Assembly: GCA_047947115.1 (NCBI GenBank)
Contig: CP170459.1
Location: 4,448,001-4,512,000 of the forward strand
Direction: 5' to 3'
Origin: Verrucomicrobiota bacterium
GTDB lineage: Bacteria > Verrucomicrobiota > Verrucomicrobiia > Limisphaerales > AAA164-E04
Length of the DNA stretch: 64,000 nt
A model generated the notes under the pieces. The model was given only the letters and a program-made list of their open reading frames with translations. It had not been told where the DNA came from and did no database searches. Numbering within the stretch: the first letter of the stretch is position 1; each line of letters opens with the position of its first letter. The translations under genes were made by a program, and so were the position numbers. This document shows positions 20,056 to 31,073 of the stretch, piece by piece.

Positions 20056-21528
20056 TCTGATGGATCGGTTCGGCACCCTCGACGCCTACCAATCGCTGAT
20101 CCAAACCGGCATAGAAATAAGTCAGATCCATCGGATTCAGCCCCATCAGATTCAGAACAGTCGAGTGGAGGTGTTTTACATGAAACCGGTTGGTCACAGC
20201 CTGACTGCCGATTTCGTCCGTTTCCCCAACACTCTGACCACCCTTGATGCCCCCGCCTGCCATCCACATGGTAAAGCCGTAGGCGTTGTGATCGCGTCCG
20301 GTTCCTTCTGCGTATTCGGCAGTAGGCTGACGCCCGAATTCCCCCCCCAGATGATGAGGGTTTCATCGAGCAATCCGCGTTGTTTCAAATCTTGAAGCAA
20401 TCCGGCAATCGGCTTGTCTGTATTACCAGCGTGCCAATCATGGTTCTTCTTAAGATCACCATGGGCGTCCCAGTTTTGGTCATTGTGTGCCCCGCCCGAG
20501 TAAATCTGAATGAAGCGCACTCCACGTTCCACCAATCGCCTCGCCAGCAGGCATTTCTTGCCGAAGTCTTGGGTTCGATCGTGGTCAATACCGTACATGT
20601 CCTTGATGTGTTCGGGCTCACCGTCCACGTCAACAGCTTCGGGAGCAGTGGATTGCATCTTGTATGCCAATTCGTAACTGGCAATGCGGGCGGCCAGATT
20701 GCTGTTGTCAACGCGGTCCGACAGATGCCCCTGATTGAAATGATTGAGATGCTTCAACAGGACCTGTTGTTCGCTGGCATCCATATTGCGGGCATTCTTC
20801 AAATCCAGAATGGGTGTGCCCTTTGGACGAAACACCGTGCCCTGATACGTGGCGGGCATGTAACCGCTGGTCCAGTTTTTCGCACCACTGATAGGTCCGC
20901 CGGATTGATCCAGCATGACCACATAACCGGGTAGATTCTGGTTGGCGGTTCCCAAACCGTAATTGACCCATGATCCCAGCGAAGGGCGTCCACTGAGAAT
21001 CTGTCCACTGTTCATCATCAACATCGCCGAACCATGAATCGGAGAATCCGCGGTCATGGAATGAATGAACGCGATATCATCCACATGGTGTGCCAGGTTG
21101 GGAAACAGATCGGACACCCATTTGCCGCTCTGACCATACTGCTTGAACTTCCACTTCGGACCGACCACTCGACCTTCATTCTTGTGCCCCCCACGGCCAA
21201 ACGTTTTCACCTGGATTGTCTTGCCATCCAGGGGATACAACTTCGGCTTGTAATCAAACGTATCGACGTGGCTGGGCCCGCCATACATGAAAAGGAAGAT
21301 GACATTCTTGGCCTTCGGTGCGAAATGCGGCGCTTTGGACATCATCGGGCTCTTCCAATCCGTCTGTCCGTCGGCAGCGAGTGTCTGCTGTGATAGGAAT
21401 CCATCCTTGGCCAGCATACCTGTCAGGGCGAGAGAGGTGAAACCTCCGCCGATGTGGTGCAAAAACTCACGACGTGTGCGGCGACAAAAACTGCCTTCAG
21501 GTTTGGTGGAATGGTATTTGGTGTTCAT
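20045..21528 (-). pseudogene. DUF1501 family gene with a one-base frameshift in a G8 run (pseudogene, phase-variable locus or sequencing error)
   Basis: ORF 20194-21528 reads ...IIWGG and then leaves frame. The conserved EFGRQP..GRDH..GFTMWMAGGGIKGG continues in another frame (ORF 20045-20269). One extra G at C8 20341-20348 restores a 495-codon gene. Confidence 0.88.
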
Positions 21529-21560
21529 GGGTGCAATCTTTCGGTTCGCGGTTCAATCTT

Positions 21561-24122
21561 TCAATCCAGGTAAACAAATTCATTCATATTCAGCACCAGC
21601 AGGCAAAATCGTTGAAGTGCCTGGTGCCTGCTCATATGGAGTTCCTTTTCAAGCTCATCCATCATGTCGACCCCTTGCTGAACCTCCTTGGTCTCTGGTT
21701 CCCGTGAGGTGGCCAATCGCAATGCCAGAGCGACTCTGGATCGGGTGTCCGCTGCATCTTGCTCCAGTCTTTTGGCGAAGGATTCAGCCTGATCATTCAG
21801 AAACTCGCTGTTCAACATGGTCAATGCCTGGGTCGGAACCGTGGTGGCAAAGCGCACTGCACACGCGGAATCCGTATCGGCCATGTCGAAGGTCTTCAGC
21901 ATGGGTTCGTGCAGGGATCGCTTGATGTAGACATAGATGCTGCGCCGGTTCTGCTGGTCTTCAGATGATCTGCCCCATGCGGCATTCGGGCGGGATGCGG
22001 TGGCCAGAATCTCTTCAGGCACGGGAGTGTAGATGCTGGGTCCGCCCATCTGGAGATTCAACTTTCCGCTCAGATGAATAATGGAATCCCGAATCTCCTC
22101 AGCCGCAAGCCGCCGCATGTCAAACCGCCAGAAAAGATTGTTTTCAGGATCTTTTGCCAATGCCTTGGCATCGGCGCGTGATGACATCTGATAGGCACTG
22201 GACAACATGATCTGTTTGTGGAGCTTCTTCAAACTCCAACCTTGCTCCATCAGATAGCTCGCCAGCCAGTCCAGAAGGATCGGGTGGGTTGGCATTTCAC
22301 CGTTCTGTCCGAAATTGCTTGGCGACCTGCAAATGCCGCGACCAAAATGGAATTGCCACACTCGATTGGCTATCACGCGGGCCGTCAGCGGATTGTCATC
22401 ACGCACCAACCATTCGGCCAGTGCACGACGCCGGCCACTGGTCTCGGCTCCGGGCTCAGGTTGAGGGATTTCGGGATCTTCAAAGCCAAGTATTGTGGGG
22501 AATCCTGGTCGAACTTCCGCCCCTTTGGAGTGCGCATTGCCCCGCAGCAAAACATACGTCTTCGGCGCAACAGGTCCATTTTCCTTGATGGAAAGGGCTT
22601 GTGCCAACTCCGGAAGCCTACGTTGCCGGAGCTGCTTCAACTCCTGTTCTATGGCCAGACAATCTTCCAATTCTTCCTTGCTCAACACATCTTTTCGCTT
22701 TTCGACGATCATGGTCCGTCGAGTGCGCTGGTCCTTGGCGTCCTCTTTTTCGGGATTGGAAAACGTTGCAAAGACTTTCAGTTCGTATGCGTCAATGTGT
22801 TTTTGCAACTCGTTGACCTGATCGTCCAGCGCCTTCTTCAAGGCGTTGTGCTCTTTCACCTCTTCCTCGGATGCAATGACGGTTGTGGTGTTCAGGGAGT
22901 AGGGAGATTTTTTGAATCGCCCTTCCCGAATGTTGTTGTAGGTATTGTGAAAAAAAGCCAGCAACCGGTAGTAATCTTCCTGAGGCATTGGATCGATCTT
23001 GTGCTCATGACATCTGGCACACCCAATGGTCAAGCCCATGAAAGTCTGCCCGGTGGTTGCCAGCACATCATCCAACCCATCGTAGAAAGCCTGATCCGCA
23101 TCGACCGGCTCGTCATCCCAAATGCCCAATCGTTGGAACCCCGTGGCGATGATGGAATCTTTTGTCACATGGTCCAGTTCGTCTCCGGCAATTTGCTCCT
23201 TCACAAACTGGTCGTAGGGTTTGTCGTTGTTGAAACTACGGATCACGTAATCACGATAACGCCAGGCGTCCGGTTTGGGATTGTCGCGCTCATATCCGTT
23301 CGTCTCGGCGTACCTGACCAGGTCCAGCCAATGCCTCCCCCACTTCTCACCATAACGATCGGAAGCCAACAGGTGATCAATCACTTTTTCATGAGCCCTG
23401 GCGGAATGATCGTTTTCAAAAGCCGCCACATCTTCGGGGGATGGGGGTAATCCGGTGAGGTCGTAATAGGCGCGGCGTATCCACTCCTGACGACTGGCCG
23501 GTTCGTTTGGCGACAGGTCATTTTGTTTTAAACGATCAAAAATGAAGGCATCGATCGGGTTGGAATTCCAATCGGGATCACTCACTTCCGGCGCTTCAGG
23601 CCGGATAATGGGACGAAAAGACCACCAGTTACGGGTTTTTTCGCTGATGGAATTATCATAAAACTGCCCTTTCGACTCGATGTTTTCCAACCTGGCGCGC
23701 ACGGCTTCCTCATCGAAGACAAGTCCCCGCCTGATCCATTCCTCCAAAGCGCCGATAGCGGCAGGTGAAAGCTTCCCCTTGTCAGGCGGCATCTCATGGT
23801 CGGCATCCCGGTAGGATACCATATCGAGCAAAACGCTTTTTCCGGGAGCCTTCAAATCGACCGCAGGACCGGAATCGCCCCCTTTCAGAACCGCCTCGCG
23901 GCTAGCGAGATCGAAACCTCCCTTAGCCTTCCCTTCCGCGCCATGGCACTTGAAACAGTGTTCATCCAGCACCGGCAAAACGTGTGTTCGAAAATGCTCC
24001 TCTGCGTCGGCTGCTTCTGCAGGGCCAGCGGAAAAAAGTATCCCTCCCCCAAGCCCCAGCATTCCGAGAATATGCGCGTGTCTGACACGACCAAATCCCA
24101 ATCTTTTAAATGGCATGAACAT
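21561..24122 (-). CDS. PSD1 and planctomycete cytochrome c domain protein (DUF1549/DUF1553)
   Basis: Signal peptide, N-terminal CFKCH...MPP cytochrome c domain, CARCHEHKIDP, NPLTARVIANRVWQFHFGRG, PTHP.LLDWLA, NEFVYLD. Confidence 0.93.
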   Translation of the reverse strand: MFMPFKRLGFGRVRHAHILGMLGLGGGILFSAGPAEAADAEEHFRTHVLPVLDEHCFKCHGAEGKAKGGFDLASREAVLKGGDSGPAVDLKAPGKSVLLDMVSYRDADHEMPPDKGKLSPAAIGALEEWIRRGLVFDEEAVRARLENIESKGQFYDNSISEKTRNWWSFRPIIRPEAPEVSDPDWNSNPIDAFIFDRLKQNDLSPNEPASRQEWIRRAYYDLTGLPPSPEDVAAFENDHSARAHEKVIDHLLASDRYGEKWGRHWLDLVRYAETNGYERDNPKPDAWRYRDYVIRSFNNDKPYDQFVKEQIAGDELDHVTKDSIIATGFQRLGIWDDEPVDADQAFYDGLDDVLATTGQTFMGLTIGCARCHEHKIDPMPQEDYYRLLAFFHNTYNNIREGRFKKSPYSLNTTTVIASEEEVKEHNALKKALDDQVNELQKHIDAYELKVFATFSNPEKEDAKDQRTRRTMIVEKRKDVLSKEELEDCLAIEQELKQLRQRRLPELAQALSIKENGPVAPKTYVLLRGNAHSKGAEVRPGFPTILGFEDPEIPQPEPGAETSGRRRALAEWLVRDDNPLTARVIANRVWQFHFGRGICRSPSNFGQNGEMPTHPILLDWLASYLMEQGWSLKKLHKQIMLSSAYQMSSRADAKALAKDPENNLFWRFDMRRLAAEEIRDSIIHLSGKLNLQMGGPSIYTPVPEEILATASRPNAAWGRSSEDQQNRRSIYVYIKRSLHEPMLKTFDMADTDSACAVRFATTVPTQALTMLNSEFLNDQAESFAKRLEQDAADTRSRVALALRLATSREPETKEVQQGVDMMDELEKELHMSRHQALQRFCLLVLNMNEFVYLD

Positions 24123-24210
24123 TGAAAAACATCCTACCCAAACAGAATGAAACGATCAACCCTGCATTCCTGCTTGTGCGGGCAATTGGGCTCAATGTAT
24201 AAGCACGCTC

Positions 24211-25146
24211 ATGATAGCTCACACCATCCCGTTGAAAAAATGCCTCTGCACCCTCAGTCTGGCCCTGACCCTGGTCAACGGCATAAAGACCGAGGCTGAT
24301 GATTTCAAATTGGCACATCAACAGGATGGCCAACTGGACATCATTGAAAACGATCGACTCGTAGGGCGCTACATGTTCGCTCACGACACTTCCACTCCGG
24401 AAACATTGCACGCGACCTACAAACCGTTCCTCCACATCATAGACCCGGCAAGCGGCACCCCCATTACCAAGGGTCCGGGAGGTCAGTTCACCCATCACCG
24501 AGGTATTTTTCTGGGCTGGAATCGATTAACCACTGATCGGGGACGATTCGATTTCTGGCATATGAATGGTTGTTTCCAAGTTCATCAACAGTTCACAAGC
24601 CAACTGATCAACGAACACCAGGCGGCATTCACTTCTCAAATCGACTGGATCGATAAGGTCAGCAAAACAGTGATTCATGAGTGGAGAGAAATGTCCTTTT
24701 CCTGTTCCGACATCCCTGACTCCATCGCAATTGTGGATATTTCCACGAAGCTGATCCCGACCGAAGACTTGAAACTGAACGGAGATCCGGAACATTCAGG
24801 CGTTCAATACCGTCCCGCCAATGATGTGCAGAAAAATCTCACCCAATACCTTTTCCCACAGGAAGGGCAGGATCCCCGTAAGGATCTGGATCTGCCATGG
24901 GTCGGAGAATGCTACCAGACAGGCAGTGGCAAATACGCAGTCATCCACATGAACCATCCCGACAACCCAAAGCAGACAAAGTACTCCGCCTACCGGGATT
25001 ATGGAAGGTTCGGGGCGTTTTTCACTCAAACACTGAAAAAAGAAGAACCATTGAACATCCACTACCGGCTGATCATTCTCAAGGGAACCCTACCGGAACG
25101 TTCCACCATTCAAAAACATTTCGATCGATGGACGGCTCAGCCCTGA
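24211..25146 (+). CDS. Exported DUF6807 / 'PmoA-family' beta-sandwich protein (not a methane monooxygenase)
   Basis: Signal peptide, KPFLH, HHRGIFLGW, DFW, MNHPDNP, RDYGRFG. Confidence 0.7.
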   Translation: MIAHTIPLKKCLCTLSLALTLVNGIKTEADDFKLAHQQDGQLDIIENDRLVGRYMFAHDTSTPETLHATYKPFLHIIDPASGTPITKGPGGQFTHHRGIFLGWNRLTTDRGRFDFWHMNGCFQVHQQFTSQLINEHQAAFTSQIDWIDKVSKTVIHEWREMSFSCSDIPDSIAIVDISTKLIPTEDLKLNGDPEHSGVQYRPANDVQKNLTQYLFPQEGQDPRKDLDLPWVGECYQTGSGKYAVIHMNHPDNPKQTKYSAYRDYGRFGAFFTQTLKKEEPLNIHYRLIILKGTLPERSTIQKHFDRWTAQP

Positions 25147-25149
25147 GCT

Positions 25150-26937
25150 TCAGACATCGTCCACGTATTCCTTGGTAATGGCCACTTCACGACGCAACAA
25201 GTCGTGAAGGGTCACAATTCCGATCAGGCGTTTTCGACCGGGCTCCACCAGCCCCACGAGGCCTGATTTGGACTCGATCAGCGAGAACTGAAGTTCCCGA
25301 ATGCTTTGGGAAGGGTTGCAGGTGACCAAGGCTGACAGCTCGGGTTCGCGTTGTTCCTCCAAGGATTCCAATGCTTCCTCACGCGAAAGCACCCCTTGGA
25401 TTTCATGGTCGATGACAACGGGAAACCGGAGGTAAGGGTAAGCATCCACCATTTCCTGAATGGCCTCTTTGGAAGTGTCCTTGAGGATGACTGGTGAAAA
25501 ATTCGCGATGGCGGATACGGGCAGTTGTTGCCAGCTTTTCAAATCCCGGGGAGGAATCACGTGCTCCAACTGGTGCCCGTCCTGCTCCAGAAGCTCTTCG
25601 TAGAAATTGGCTTTGCAGAATTTCCGACTGACAGCCGTACTGATGAGAGCTCCCAGCATCAGGGCGGGAACGAGGTAGAATTCATTGGTCATTTCAAAAA
25701 CAATCAGAATGCCTGTCACCGGAGCACGGACAACCGCCCCCAGGCAGGCGCTCATTCCCACCACTGCCAGGGTGATTTGTGCTTCGGTGTGAAGATCGAA
25801 AAAAAGCCCGAAAAAACCAGTCAATAAAACGCCGGTCATTCCCCCCAGAAACAATGTGGGAGAAAAAATGCCGCCACAACCTCCGAATCCATAGCAAGCC
25901 ACGGTGGCGATCAGCTTGCCTGCCAGGAGTAGTCCAGCCACTTTCCAGTTGAACTCACTGGTCAAAGCCGCATTCAAATCCGCATACCCCACTCCAAACA
26001 CCCCCAAATGCCCTTGGCCGGTCTCGGCTTTGGTGAAAAGAAAAATCCAAACCGCGACACCCCAGGCGATCAAGGCCCCCACCGCGGGCAGCAACCATCC
26101 CGGTACTTTGGTGACCTTTTTACAGCCACTCCTCAGTTTGAGGCTGGATTTCTGAAACAACACCCCGACCAAGGCAGCGGCAGCCGCCACCACGGGGGTC
26201 AGCAGGTAAATCCGCCAGTCAGGAGCTCCAACCGCTGAGATTTCCAGGGCTGGATGTTTCTCTGCAAGGGAATGTACAACAAATGCACCAAGGACCGAAG
26301 CCAGCAGAACACTTCCCAAAAACCGGCTGTTCAGGTCCTGAACAATTTCTTCCAACACAAACGTGATGGCCGCAAGAGGGGTGTTGAATGCAGCCGCCAA
26401 CCCGGCTGCCGCCCCGGATGCAGCGGCATGTCGTCTGTTTTGCTTGGGTTCGCCCAGCAGCCCTGCCACATTGGACGCCACACCGCTGGCCAACTGCACG
26501 CTGGGACCTTCCCGTCCCAAACTGCATCCGCCTCCAATGCTCAGCACACCCGCCACAAACTTCACCCAAGCCACTCGCCAGGGCACGTAGCCAAAATCAC
26601 TCCAAAAGGCCAGTTTGAGCTGCGGTATCCCGCTCCCGGCCGCTTCCTTGCAAAAACGGTTCAACAGGAACCCAACAATCAAGGATGCTCCAATGATACT
26701 GCAGAAACTGCCTATCAGAAATGCTTTGGTGGATAATCCGGAGACCAGAATGATGGTGAAATGAAACAAAAACTGAATGGACTTGTGAAACGCCACCGCC
26801 GCCAACCCTGCAGTCACTCCATAGATGCAAGTCAACACAATGGAACGTGTTTTCTTGGGAAGTTTCCGCAGATACCGCGCGATTGTTTCTGTCGTTTTCA
26901 GGTTGAACATCATCGAAAATCTGACATTCAAATTCAA
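25150..26937 (-). CDS. ClC family chloride/proton antiporter with CBS domains
   Basis: GSGIP, GREGP (gating Glu), AFNTPLAAITFVLEE, GGIFSP, C-terminal GIVTLHDLL CBS motif. The start may be slightly downstream. Confidence 0.93.
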   Translation of the reverse strand: MNLNVRFSMMFNLKTTETIARYLRKLPKKTRSIVLTCIYGVTAGLAAVAFHKSIQFLFHFTIILVSGLSTKAFLIGSFCSIIGASLIVGFLLNRFCKEAAGSGIPQLKLAFWSDFGYVPWRVAWVKFVAGVLSIGGGCSLGREGPSVQLASGVASNVAGLLGEPKQNRRHAAASGAAAGLAAAFNTPLAAITFVLEEIVQDLNSRFLGSVLLASVLGAFVVHSLAEKHPALEISAVGAPDWRIYLLTPVVAAAAALVGVLFQKSSLKLRSGCKKVTKVPGWLLPAVGALIAWGVAVWIFLFTKAETGQGHLGVFGVGYADLNAALTSEFNWKVAGLLLAGKLIATVACYGFGGCGGIFSPTLFLGGMTGVLLTGFFGLFFDLHTEAQITLAVVGMSACLGAVVRAPVTGILIVFEMTNEFYLVPALMLGALISTAVSRKFCKANFYEELLEQDGHQLEHVIPPRDLKSWQQLPVSAIANFSPVILKDTSKEAIQEMVDAYPYLRFPVVIDHEIQGVLSREEALESLEEQREPELSALVTCNPSQSIRELQFSLIESKSGLVGLVEPGRKRLIGIVTLHDLLRREVAITKEYVDDV

Positions 26938-27125
26938 GAATCGAGTTTCATTTAGGGTGATTTAATGATGATTTCGACGATTGGAAGCTTGCAGAAAGCC
27001 AGATATTTGCTTACCAAGGACTCTCAATAGCAGGAAGCGAACCCGACAACCAAGTCACCAAAGAGAGGGACAATTAAACATCTGATTCATTATCGTTCAG
27101 ATTCGACACTCGATCACACGCATCA

Positions 27126-27932
27126 TTGGAACTTTCCATAAACCCTGACACCATCACGAAATACTTTTCAAAGTTCATTCGACCTGCCCTCGGATTGTCT
27201 CTGTTGGCGGCTGTGCAGTCCCTGCTGGTTTCCACAGCCACGGCTCAATCAACGCCAACCGACCTGACATTACTGGGCATCGAAGATATTCTGAAGAGAC
27301 GCATTATCCCGCACGACGAAGCCACTGGCAGCCCCATATCGGCAGAGCGTTGGTCTTTTGGTTATAATTTCGTCACAGCGCACTTCAAGGAATACCAAAC
27401 CGGCACCCAAACCTTGTCGACTGCGCACATGCAGACTCTGTTTCCGGTGCTTCCCTACACCATGCAGGTGGGCTCGGGCACCTTTGACTTCAATCCAAGC
27501 CTCAATTACATCCGCAAGATGGGTAAATTCTAATGGGCCAACAACCTGCAAGGCACCGTTCGCATGGGAAAAAACTACCACGACTACAGCCTAAGCCACC
27601 GTGCGGTCCTGAAAACAACCCTTTCCTACGAACTGTTTCCATTTCTCTACCCATCCGTCAAATTGCTTGGCCATTATTGGGATCGCATTCATGGTCAGGA
27701 CAATGATCTGCTCGCACCGAACGGCTCTTAACCTGCTCCCGTCACCCACCCCGATTTGTTTGGAGGCAGGAAAGTGGATTTGTTGCTGGGAATTCGAATC
27801 CCGATTAACCATGGTATATTGAGGGGGCAAAGTCTGGAACTGGAAAGAGGTCTACCGGTTTACCAATATTTGAACGGCCCTCAGCCTGGTGAGCAATGGC
27901 GCATGGCAGCTTCCTGGAAGTGGAGATTCTAA
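27126..27932 (+). pseudogene. Degraded outer-membrane beta-barrel gene (Phenol_MetA_deg / 'transporter'-like)
   Basis: One reading frame interrupted by TAA at 27531-27533 and 27729-27731. It has a signal peptide, LPYTMQVGSGTFD and GLPVYQYLNGPQ, and ends in WKWRF* (beta-signal with terminal Phe). Confidence 0.8.
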
Positions 27933-27960
27933 AGCCCGTCCACCATCGTTCCCTAAACTC

Positions 27961-28572
27961 ATGTTCAACGTCCAACACATGCCAAACATCGCACCCGGGA
28001 AACCAAACCCAGGGCTGTTCGTTTTGGTGATGGCATGGGCATGTGTGACCTTGTTCGCAGGGCAAATCTTGTCAGCTGAAGATGCGAAACTTCCGGTAGA
28101 GGAATTGGAAGCCAAAGCAGTGCTGGTTTACCATTTCGCGAAATTCACCTCCTGGCCTGAGGGCACATTCAAAACGGACTCATCCCCGATAAGCATTTCA
28201 GTCTATGGTGACAAGGGGTTCTATGATGCGCTGAAAAAGTATCAGGGACGAGTCATCAATGGCCGCGCATTGGACATCCATAACATCAAAATCATCGCCC
28301 AGGAATCGCCACCTCAAATTCTTTATGCCACCGGAACGATGGATGCAACGGTGAGCTATTATCTCAAAAACCAATCAAGCCCCACCCTCACAATCGGAGA
28401 AACAGTCGACTTCGTGAAACAAGGAGGCATCCTGTCCATCGTGCGTGATAAAGAACACTTGACCCTCTTTTCCAATCTAAAGGCGGCGGTGGAGACAAAA
28501 CCATACCTTAACAACAATCTGGTAAAACTGACCAAACAGGTTTCCTCCGGTCCGGATGGAAAGATGAAGTGA
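27961..28572 (+). CDS. YfiR family (DUF4154) periplasmic protein
   Basis: Signal peptide, [25 protein letters not shown]. The start is uncertain (27961 or 27979). Confidence 0.85.
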   Translation: MFNVQHMPNIAPGKPNPGLFVLVMAWACVTLFAGQILSAEDAKLPVEELEAKAVLVYHFAKFTSWPEGTFKTDSSPISISVYGDKGFYDALKKYQGRVINGRALDIHNIKIIAQESPPQILYATGTMDATVSYYLKNQSSPTLTIGETVDFVKQGGILSIVRDKEHLTLFSNLKAAVETKPYLNNNLVKLTKQVSSGPDGKMK

Positions 28573-31055
28573 GGAATGATCCCTATTTCAGCAAGTTAAA
28601 ACTTTCAAGAAAGCTCGTACTGTTCATGATGATCACGAGCATCACAACCTTGCTGTTGGCCACCACCGCCATGGCGGTTTATGAAATCCAGACCATCATT
28701 CGCCTGACCCTTCGAGAGCTCGACACCATGGCTGAAAATTTGGCCAAAAACGGTGAGATTCCGCTAGGCATGGCTGCACTGGGAGAGTTCCAGCTCACCC
28801 GTGCACGCCAGGAAGCCGAGAATCTACTGGAGCTGAGCGGCAGAACTGAAATCATTGCAGCCTGCTTTGTCGACCAGAACGGCAATGCCATTGCCGAGTA
28901 TTTCCGGAACAAAGATCACCCACCTTCTATTGCCTTTGAACCATCCCCAAAGGCGGGCAAAACGGTCACCCGCAAAAATATCAAATGGGTCAAACCCATC
29001 CATGACGCCAACGACAACCAGTTACTGGGACACGTCCACCTACTGGCGGATTATTCCACGTTGATACCTGATCTGATCAAGATTGTTATCACCAACACTC
29101 TCATCTTTTTTATCGAGGGCATCATTGCCTACCTGTTGTCCAAACGATTTGTCGGCTATGTATCCGGTCCCGTTGCAAACCTGCTGGATGTCTCAAAACA
29201 GATTGCTGAGACCGGCGATTACGAAAAACGCGCCACGAGAGTCACACAGGATGAACTGGGCCAGCTCACTGACCAGTTCAATCACATGTTGGAACAAATC
29301 CACAAACGGGACTCGGAACTGACCCGATCCAATCAGGAATCCGAAAACCGCCTGAAGGAACTGGAGGAAGAGAGATACGAGCACCAAAAGTCGGTCGAAC
29401 GCGAAAGAAAACTCCTTGTCGAACTGGCCGAAACCAAACAACTCGAAGCCACTGAATTGCGCGCTGCCAAGGAACAGGCGGAACTGGCCAACCGCGCCAA
29501 ATCGGATTTTCTAGCCTGCATGAGCCACGAAATCCGAACCCCCATGAATGGGATCATCGGCATGGCGAGTATTCTGGAGGATTCGGGAAAACTTGAAAAA
29601 GAGCAACTCTACCACGTCCAACTCCTGAAACAATCCGGCGAAAGCCTTCTGACCATCATCAATGACATCCTGGATCTTTCAAAACTGGAGGCAGGCTACA
29701 TGGAATTCGAATCCCAGGAATTCAATCTCCTGGAACTTCTGGAATCCACCATGGAACTGATGACACCTCAAGCCTACAAAAAAGGGATCGAAATGGGGTT
29801 CAACCATTCAACCAATCTCCCTGTCCTGCTGATGGGAGACAAAGGTCGCATTCGACAGATCCTGACCAATCTGCTGGGCAACGCCATCAAGTTCACCGAA
29901 TCCGGAGGGGTCGTTCTTTCGGTATTCAAACGAGTGTCCGGAACGAGGGATAAGCATCGTATCCGGTTTGAGATTCGCGACACCGGCATCGGCATTTCTA
30001 ACGACGATCAATCGGAACTCTTCCAGGAATTCAAGCAACTCACCAGCCCGTCACGAAAAAAACTGGAAGGATCCGGATTAGGGCTGGCCATCACGAAAAA
30101 ACTGACCCAACTGATGGGCGGAACCATCGGGGTGAAAAGCCGCCCCAATGAAGGCAGTTCCTTCTGGGTCGACCTGGATCTGCCCTCGGGATCACCGGCA
30201 ACTTCAACCAGAAAATCCGCGTCCACCCGCTTGACCGGATTACCGGTCGTTTTAATTTCTCCGTCAGAGCTGAACCTCCCCTGCTCACAATCCTTGATTT
30301 CTCATATCACCGAAGATCTGTTCACTTTCCAGTCCATTGAACAGGCCGAAAGAATGTCCTCGGCCGAAAAGAGTCAGATAAAGGAAAACGGCTGGGTTGT
30401 TCTGGATATCCCGGTGGATTGGGATGTTTCCCAAATCAAAGCATGGACTAAAGAGGCAAGTGAGATCGACGACTGGAAGCCATGCAACTTCATAGCATTT
30501 CTGCCAGGCAACATGGCCCCAAGGGTTCTGGAGCATACTGACATTAAATTTAAGCAGATCTTCACCAAACCCGTTTCAGGCGCGAGGCTATCCAGATTCC
30601 TGCGAACATTCACTCAATCCAACATACAAAGCGAAAACCCGGACGCGTCCCAGAAAAACAAGCCTGAGCTCAGCAAGATCCTCATCGTCGACGATCATCC
30701 GATCAATCAGAAAGTCGTCCAAACCATGTTGATGATGCTTGGCTATAAAATTGAAATTGCCTCCAACGGACAGGAAGGATTGGAGGCTTTGCGTTCACAA
30801 GATTTTGACATCATTTTAATGGACATCCAAATGCCGGTCATGGACGGACTTGAAGCCACGAAAGCCATCCGAGCTCTGGATCCAAATGAGTATGGAACAA
30901 AACATCAAACCCCCATCATCGCCATCACCGCAAATGCCATGGTGGGAGACGATCAACAGTGCTATCAGGCAGGCATGAATGATTATCTCGCCAAACCGAT
31001 TCAGAAGACTGACTTGGAAAGAGTCATCACCAAATGGATCCATAAAGCCCGTTGA
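28569..31055 (+). CDS. Membrane hybrid sensor histidine kinase / response regulator (periplasmic sensor, HAMP, HisKA, HATPase, REC)
   Basis: Two TM segments, [14 protein letters not shown] (HAMP), [51 protein letters not shown]. The GTGA start overlaps the yfiR stop. Confidence 0.95.
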   Translation: MRNDPYFSKLKLSRKLVLFMMITSITTLLLATTAMAVYEIQTIIRLTLRELDTMAENLAKNGEIPLGMAALGEFQLTRARQEAENLLELSGRTEIIAACFVDQNGNAIAEYFRNKDHPPSIAFEPSPKAGKTVTRKNIKWVKPIHDANDNQLLGHVHLLADYSTLIPDLIKIVITNTLIFFIEGIIAYLLSKRFVGYVSGPVANLLDVSKQIAETGDYEKRATRVTQDELGQLTDQFNHMLEQIHKRDSELTRSNQESENRLKELEEERYEHQKSVERERKLLVELAETKQLEATELRAAKEQAELANRAKSDFLACMSHEIRTPMNGIIGMASILEDSGKLEKEQLYHVQLLKQSGESLLTIINDILDLSKLEAGYMEFESQEFNLLELLESTMELMTPQAYKKGIEMGFNHSTNLPVLLMGDKGRIRQILTNLLGNAIKFTESGGVVLSVFKRVSGTRDKHRIRFEIRDTGIGISNDDQSELFQEFKQLTSPSRKKLEGSGLGLAITKKLTQLMGGTIGVKSRPNEGSSFWVDLDLPSGSPATSTRKSASTRLTGLPVVLISPSELNLPCSQSLISHITEDLFTFQSIEQAERMSSAEKSQIKENGWVVLDIPVDWDVSQIKAWTKEASEIDDWKPCNFIAFLPGNMAPRVLEHTDIKFKQIFTKPVSGARLSRFLRTFTQSNIQSENPDASQKNKPELSKILIVDDHPINQKVVQTMLMMLGYKIEIASNGQEGLEALRSQDFDIILMDIQMPVMDGLEATKAIRALDPNEYGTKHQTPIIAITANAMVGDDQQCYQAGMNDYLAKPIQKTDLERVITKWIHKAR

Positions 31056-31073
31056 ATCCCCCCCAGTGATCGA

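Noticed and set aside
22218..23450. 410-aa plus-strand ORF, and similar long ORFs at 1625-2467, 2580-3389, 31392-32222 and 49232-50023
   Set aside because: All lie antisense to well-supported genes and have no recognisable motifs.
24211..25146. Methane monooxygenase subunit PmoA
   Set aside because: The protein is soluble and exported, with no pmoC/pmoB neighbours. The family label is a misnomer for this group.
27531..27731. Stop-codon reassignment explaining the in-frame TAA codons
   Set aside because: TAA terminates many intact genes in this window (e.g. clpB, phnW, rpoZ), so these are nonsense lesions.
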